In this document: one piece after another, positions 60,215 to 64,000 of the stretch | How the letters are laid out: each line of letters begins with the position of its first letter | Position numbering within the stretch: position 1 is the first letter of the stretch | Origin: Chrysomallon squamiferum | Taxonomy: Eukaryota > Animalia > Mollusca | DNA: 64,000 nt | Reading direction: 5' to 3' | NCBI GenBank assembly: GCA_012295275.1 | Contig: CM022674.1 | Location: 4,092,001-4,156,000, forward strand | Translations under genes and position numbers: made by a program | Notes under the pieces: generated by a model | What the model was told of the DNA's origin: nothing | Database searches by the model: none | The model's input: only the letters and a program-made list of their open reading frames with translations

Positions 60215-62356
60215 TAATAAATAATAAAATAATAATAATAATAATAACAATAACAATAACAATAACAACAACAATAATAATTTTTAATATTGAGACTTTA
60301 AAAATATAAATAAACCAATATTTTTAAAAACTCACATGCAAAGACATGTCAAACTGGAGCTGAAGGAAAACGGTCATTAGTAAGAATGACCCAGCCATCA
60401 CACACATTGGCCAAAGCAGTAGTGGACGTCGTCCAAGCTTCTCCATCAGAGGTACCTGTCCACGTAAATATTTATAATTAATTACATTATGTAAATATTA
60501 GTAATTAATTACATTATGTAAATATTTATAATTAATTATATTATGTAAATATTTATAATTAATTACGTTATGTAAATATTTATAATTAATTACATTATGT
60601 AAATATTTATAATTAATTATGTGATATAAATATTTATTAAAATAAGCATCAGTTGATAAAATAGAATGTTGAGTGGCATTGAAATTTATGCACAGATTTA
60701 TCTCCCCTTAACAATTTTGATAGATCTTTCCACTAATTTATTTATTTAATTTTTTTTCTCAGATTTTTTTCATGTAATATTTACTATTTTTAATTAATAG
60801 CAAATATTTAATGATGCAGTTCTAATTAATATTTATTATTTTGTTTAATTGTTTTCATATTTCCTTTTTTTACCTTTTTTTTTTTTTTTTTTTTTTAAAA
60901 GGAATATATCTATTTCTGTAAATAGAATTTTTTTATTCTGTATTTGTGAGAACATAATTTTCTAACCCAGACACCAAGACTATATTTAATATTCACAATA
61001 ATCATGCTCTGAATTTGTTTTAATCAACATTTATTACTATTATTATTATTTTTTTTTCATGTTCACATTTATTTTTAAAGAAATTCATTCTCTTTGTATT
61101 TTTAATATAATTTTATAACACAAATACTAAAATTCCATCAATCGTTCAGTGAATTTGTCTTAATTAATAATTACTCTTTTGCTTAATTATTTTTACATCT
61201 TACATTTCTGTTTTTACATAAGTTTGTTATGCTCCATTTATGTTATTATAATATTCTGAAGGAAACACTAGCACTGCTGTTTATGTTAGAAGTAAACAGT
61301 GATCTGCTACAACATCAACACTTACAGCTACTACAGTGCAGATGACATTGATTGTTCCTGTTCCCACAATCACGTATGGTATGTACTGCACTGGCACCTG
61401 GGCTTGTTTGAAGATGAATGAAGAGTACGACATCACCTGAAAAATAAATAAATAAATAAGTGAGTAAATGAACGAATGAATGAAAGAATAAGGAAATAAG
61501 TAAATAAATAAATAAATAAATAAGTAAATGAGTGAGTCTATGAATAAATAAATAATTAAGTAAATAAGTAAATAATATAAATGAATAAGTAAGTAAGTTA
61601 ATAAATAAATGAATAAATAAATAAATAAATAAATACATAAATAAGTTAGTAAATAAATAAATAAATAAATGAATGGAGTAAATAAACAAATAAACAGATA
61701 AATAAATAAATGAATAAACAGAAAAAATATTTAAATAACTAAATATAAAGATACATACATACATACATACAAACATAAACAAAACAAAACAAAACAAAAC
61801 AAAACAAAACAAAACAAAACAAGACAAAACAAAAATAAAACAAAACAAAACAAAACAAAACAAGACAAAACAAGACAAAACATAAATAAAATAAATACTA
61901 AAATTAAAACCAAAACCAAAACCAAAACTAAAACTTACGGCATTAATTCCCGACCACTGTTGGGCTACCTGGGACACGCAGGCGATGATTGTTGGCATGC
62001 GAAGTTCGGGCGTGGTCACAAGTTCCTTGAGTGTGAAGTTCCTGGTGCCCCCAGACGTCTTTGCTTCACAGTGCATTTCTTCAAGTTCTTCCTGCACATT
62101 GTCATAACCTCTCAGCTTCTTCAGCACTGTGATATAATTAAACATTTCTTCAGTATAATTCTTAATCACCTGTAGGGTTCTCAATTTCTTGAGGAGAGTA
62201 AATTGTTTAAGATATAGTTCAAAATATCCTGAATGTAACTGATAATTATCTATAGGTTTCTGATGAATGTTATGAACTAATGAGGACTACAAAATATTTT
62301 GATAATGAAGTGGTATCTCCTCCAGATAGTTAAAATATATAAAACTACTACTGCTG

Positions 62357-62421
<65 letters not shown>

Positions 62422-62850
62422 AAGAAGAAGAAGAAGAAGAAGAAGAAGAAACAAGAAACAAATAAACACAATATAAACAAACAAACAAACAAAACAAAAC
62501 AAAAAATAACAAATAACCCATCAATATTAATTCTTTTTTTTTCTCAAAATTTACAAAGGGACATAACTCACATGCTGCAGCTGTTGATTCCTCCCCCTTT
62601 CTGATGAGCAGCCATCTTGGACTCTCTGGACAGAACGGCATGAAAATGAGGCAGAAAAGGGAGGGAACTGCGTTGAACGCAAACAGATAGGGCCAGAGAG
62701 TGTTAGTGCCCAGTAGAACTGGCAGGCCGAAGATCTGCGAAGACAAGATGCCAATTGTGATTGCCAGTTGGTGACAAGTCCCTATGGCACCTCGAATTTT
62801 CTTCGGGGATATCTCAGCCAGGTAGAGCGGAGCCAAACTTATATTCAGTC
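58406..62850 (-). CDS. SLC2A (GLUT) family facilitated sugar transporter, last 7 exons; 5' part beyond the window
   Basis: Exons 62572-62850, 61939-62126, 61326-61436, 60336-60455, 59883-59958, 59213-59340, 58406-58615. Motifs YLAEISPKKIRGA, CPESPRWL, QQWSGINAV, EKLGRRPL, GPIPFIVVSEIF, NW, VPETKNRTFDEI. Orthology to a specific vertebrate SLC2A gene not assignable. Confidence 0.95.
60464..60637. repeat. 27-bp AT-rich minisatellite x6 beside an SLC2A acceptor
   Basis: Unit gtaaatatttataattaattacattat. Confidence 0.85.
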
Positions 62851-63101
62851 CTGTAAGAAAAGAGAGATGAAAATGTTTTTTTTTTAGAAAAAAAATATAA
62901 ATTATTTGTTTTCTAGATGTTTTTTATCTTTATATGTGTTAGTGTTTGTGACTCTCTGTGTGTTAGTATGTGTATGTTTTGTATTTACTCTTTGTGTATG
63001 TATGTATGTATGTATGTATTTGTCTGTGTAGTTTTATCTCTGTGTGGTTTTTGTCTCTCTGTGAGTACATCTGTATTTGTGTCTGTGGTCTGTTTGTATA
63101 T

Positions 63102-63148
<47 letters not shown>

Positions 63149-63339
63149 TGCGTGTTAATTAACAGTTCTCAGACACTAAATCAACTCTGTACATACATTC
63201 TAATGAACTGGCACCAGCATGACATTATGATTATATTAAAAGACTATAGTATTGAGAACAATATTTCTACTACTGCTACTACTAATACCATTGATACTAC
63301 ACTACCACTACTATTACTACTGATATTACTACCATTACT

Positions 63340-63720
63340 GCTACTATTATTGCTACTATTACTGCTGCTAGTACTACTACTACTGTTATTGCTACTATTA
63401 CTGCTGCTAGTACTACTACTACTGTTATTGCTACTATTACTGCTGCTAGTACTACTACTACTTATTATTGCTACTATTACTGCTGCTAGTACTACTACTA
63501 CTATTATTGCTACTATTACTGCTGCTAGTACTACTACTACTGTTATTGCTACTATTACTGCTGCTAGTACTACTACTACTATTATTGCTACTATTACTGC
63601 TGCTAGTACTACTACTACTGTTATTGCTACTATTACTGCTGCTAGTACTACTACTACTATTATTGCTACTATTACTGCTGCTAGTACTACTACTACTATT
63701 ATTGCTACTATTACTGCTAC
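63340..63720. repeat. 39-bp minisatellite x9-10 evolved from (CTA)n
   Basis: Unit tgctactattactgctgctagtactactactact(g/a)ttat; explains the spurious ORFs at 63244 and 63468. Confidence 0.9.
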
Positions 63721-64000
63721 TACTACTACTACTACTACTATTACTATTACTACTGCTGCAGCTGCTACTCTGCTACCACTACCACCATCACTATCAACTA
63801 CTAATCCTGCTATTATTATTACTACCACTACTACAGCAACTACTACAACTGTTTCCACTACTAATGCTGCTTCTGCTACTACTAAAATTATGACCTCTAC
63901 TACTACTATCACTACGATATTGTTACCACTACTGCTACTATTAGCTATTACTATTACTATTAGCAGTAACAATACTACTACAACAACACAAACACAGTTA

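Overview
AT-rich, microsatellite-dense animal genomic DNA; an invertebrate such as a mollusc is my guess from repeat style only. No prokaryotic systems are visible. Four intron-rich genes were built by hand: the terminal coding exon of an unrecognised gene (+, 21-1235); FARSB, phenylalanine-tRNA ligase beta (+, 19 exons, 4142-15285); CFAP74 (-, 42 core exons, 50848-19606); and the 3' part of an SLC2A/GLUT sugar transporter (-, 62850-58406). Most ORFs in the supplied track are translated microsatellites. Points of interest: (1) a recurrent 'exon-end echo', where an exon's last bases, often with its 5' splice site (or the stop codon), are copied into the downstream intron or 3' UTR, seen at 9 sites; (2) three frame-preserving G/K-rich candidate microexons in one CFAP74 intron; (3) U12 introns of both subtypes plus a GC-AG intron; (4) a one-base frameshift in FARSB, probably an assembly error; (5) RFX X-box motifs; (6) microsatellite-flanked cassettes shared between introns. 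All coordinates were read by eye.
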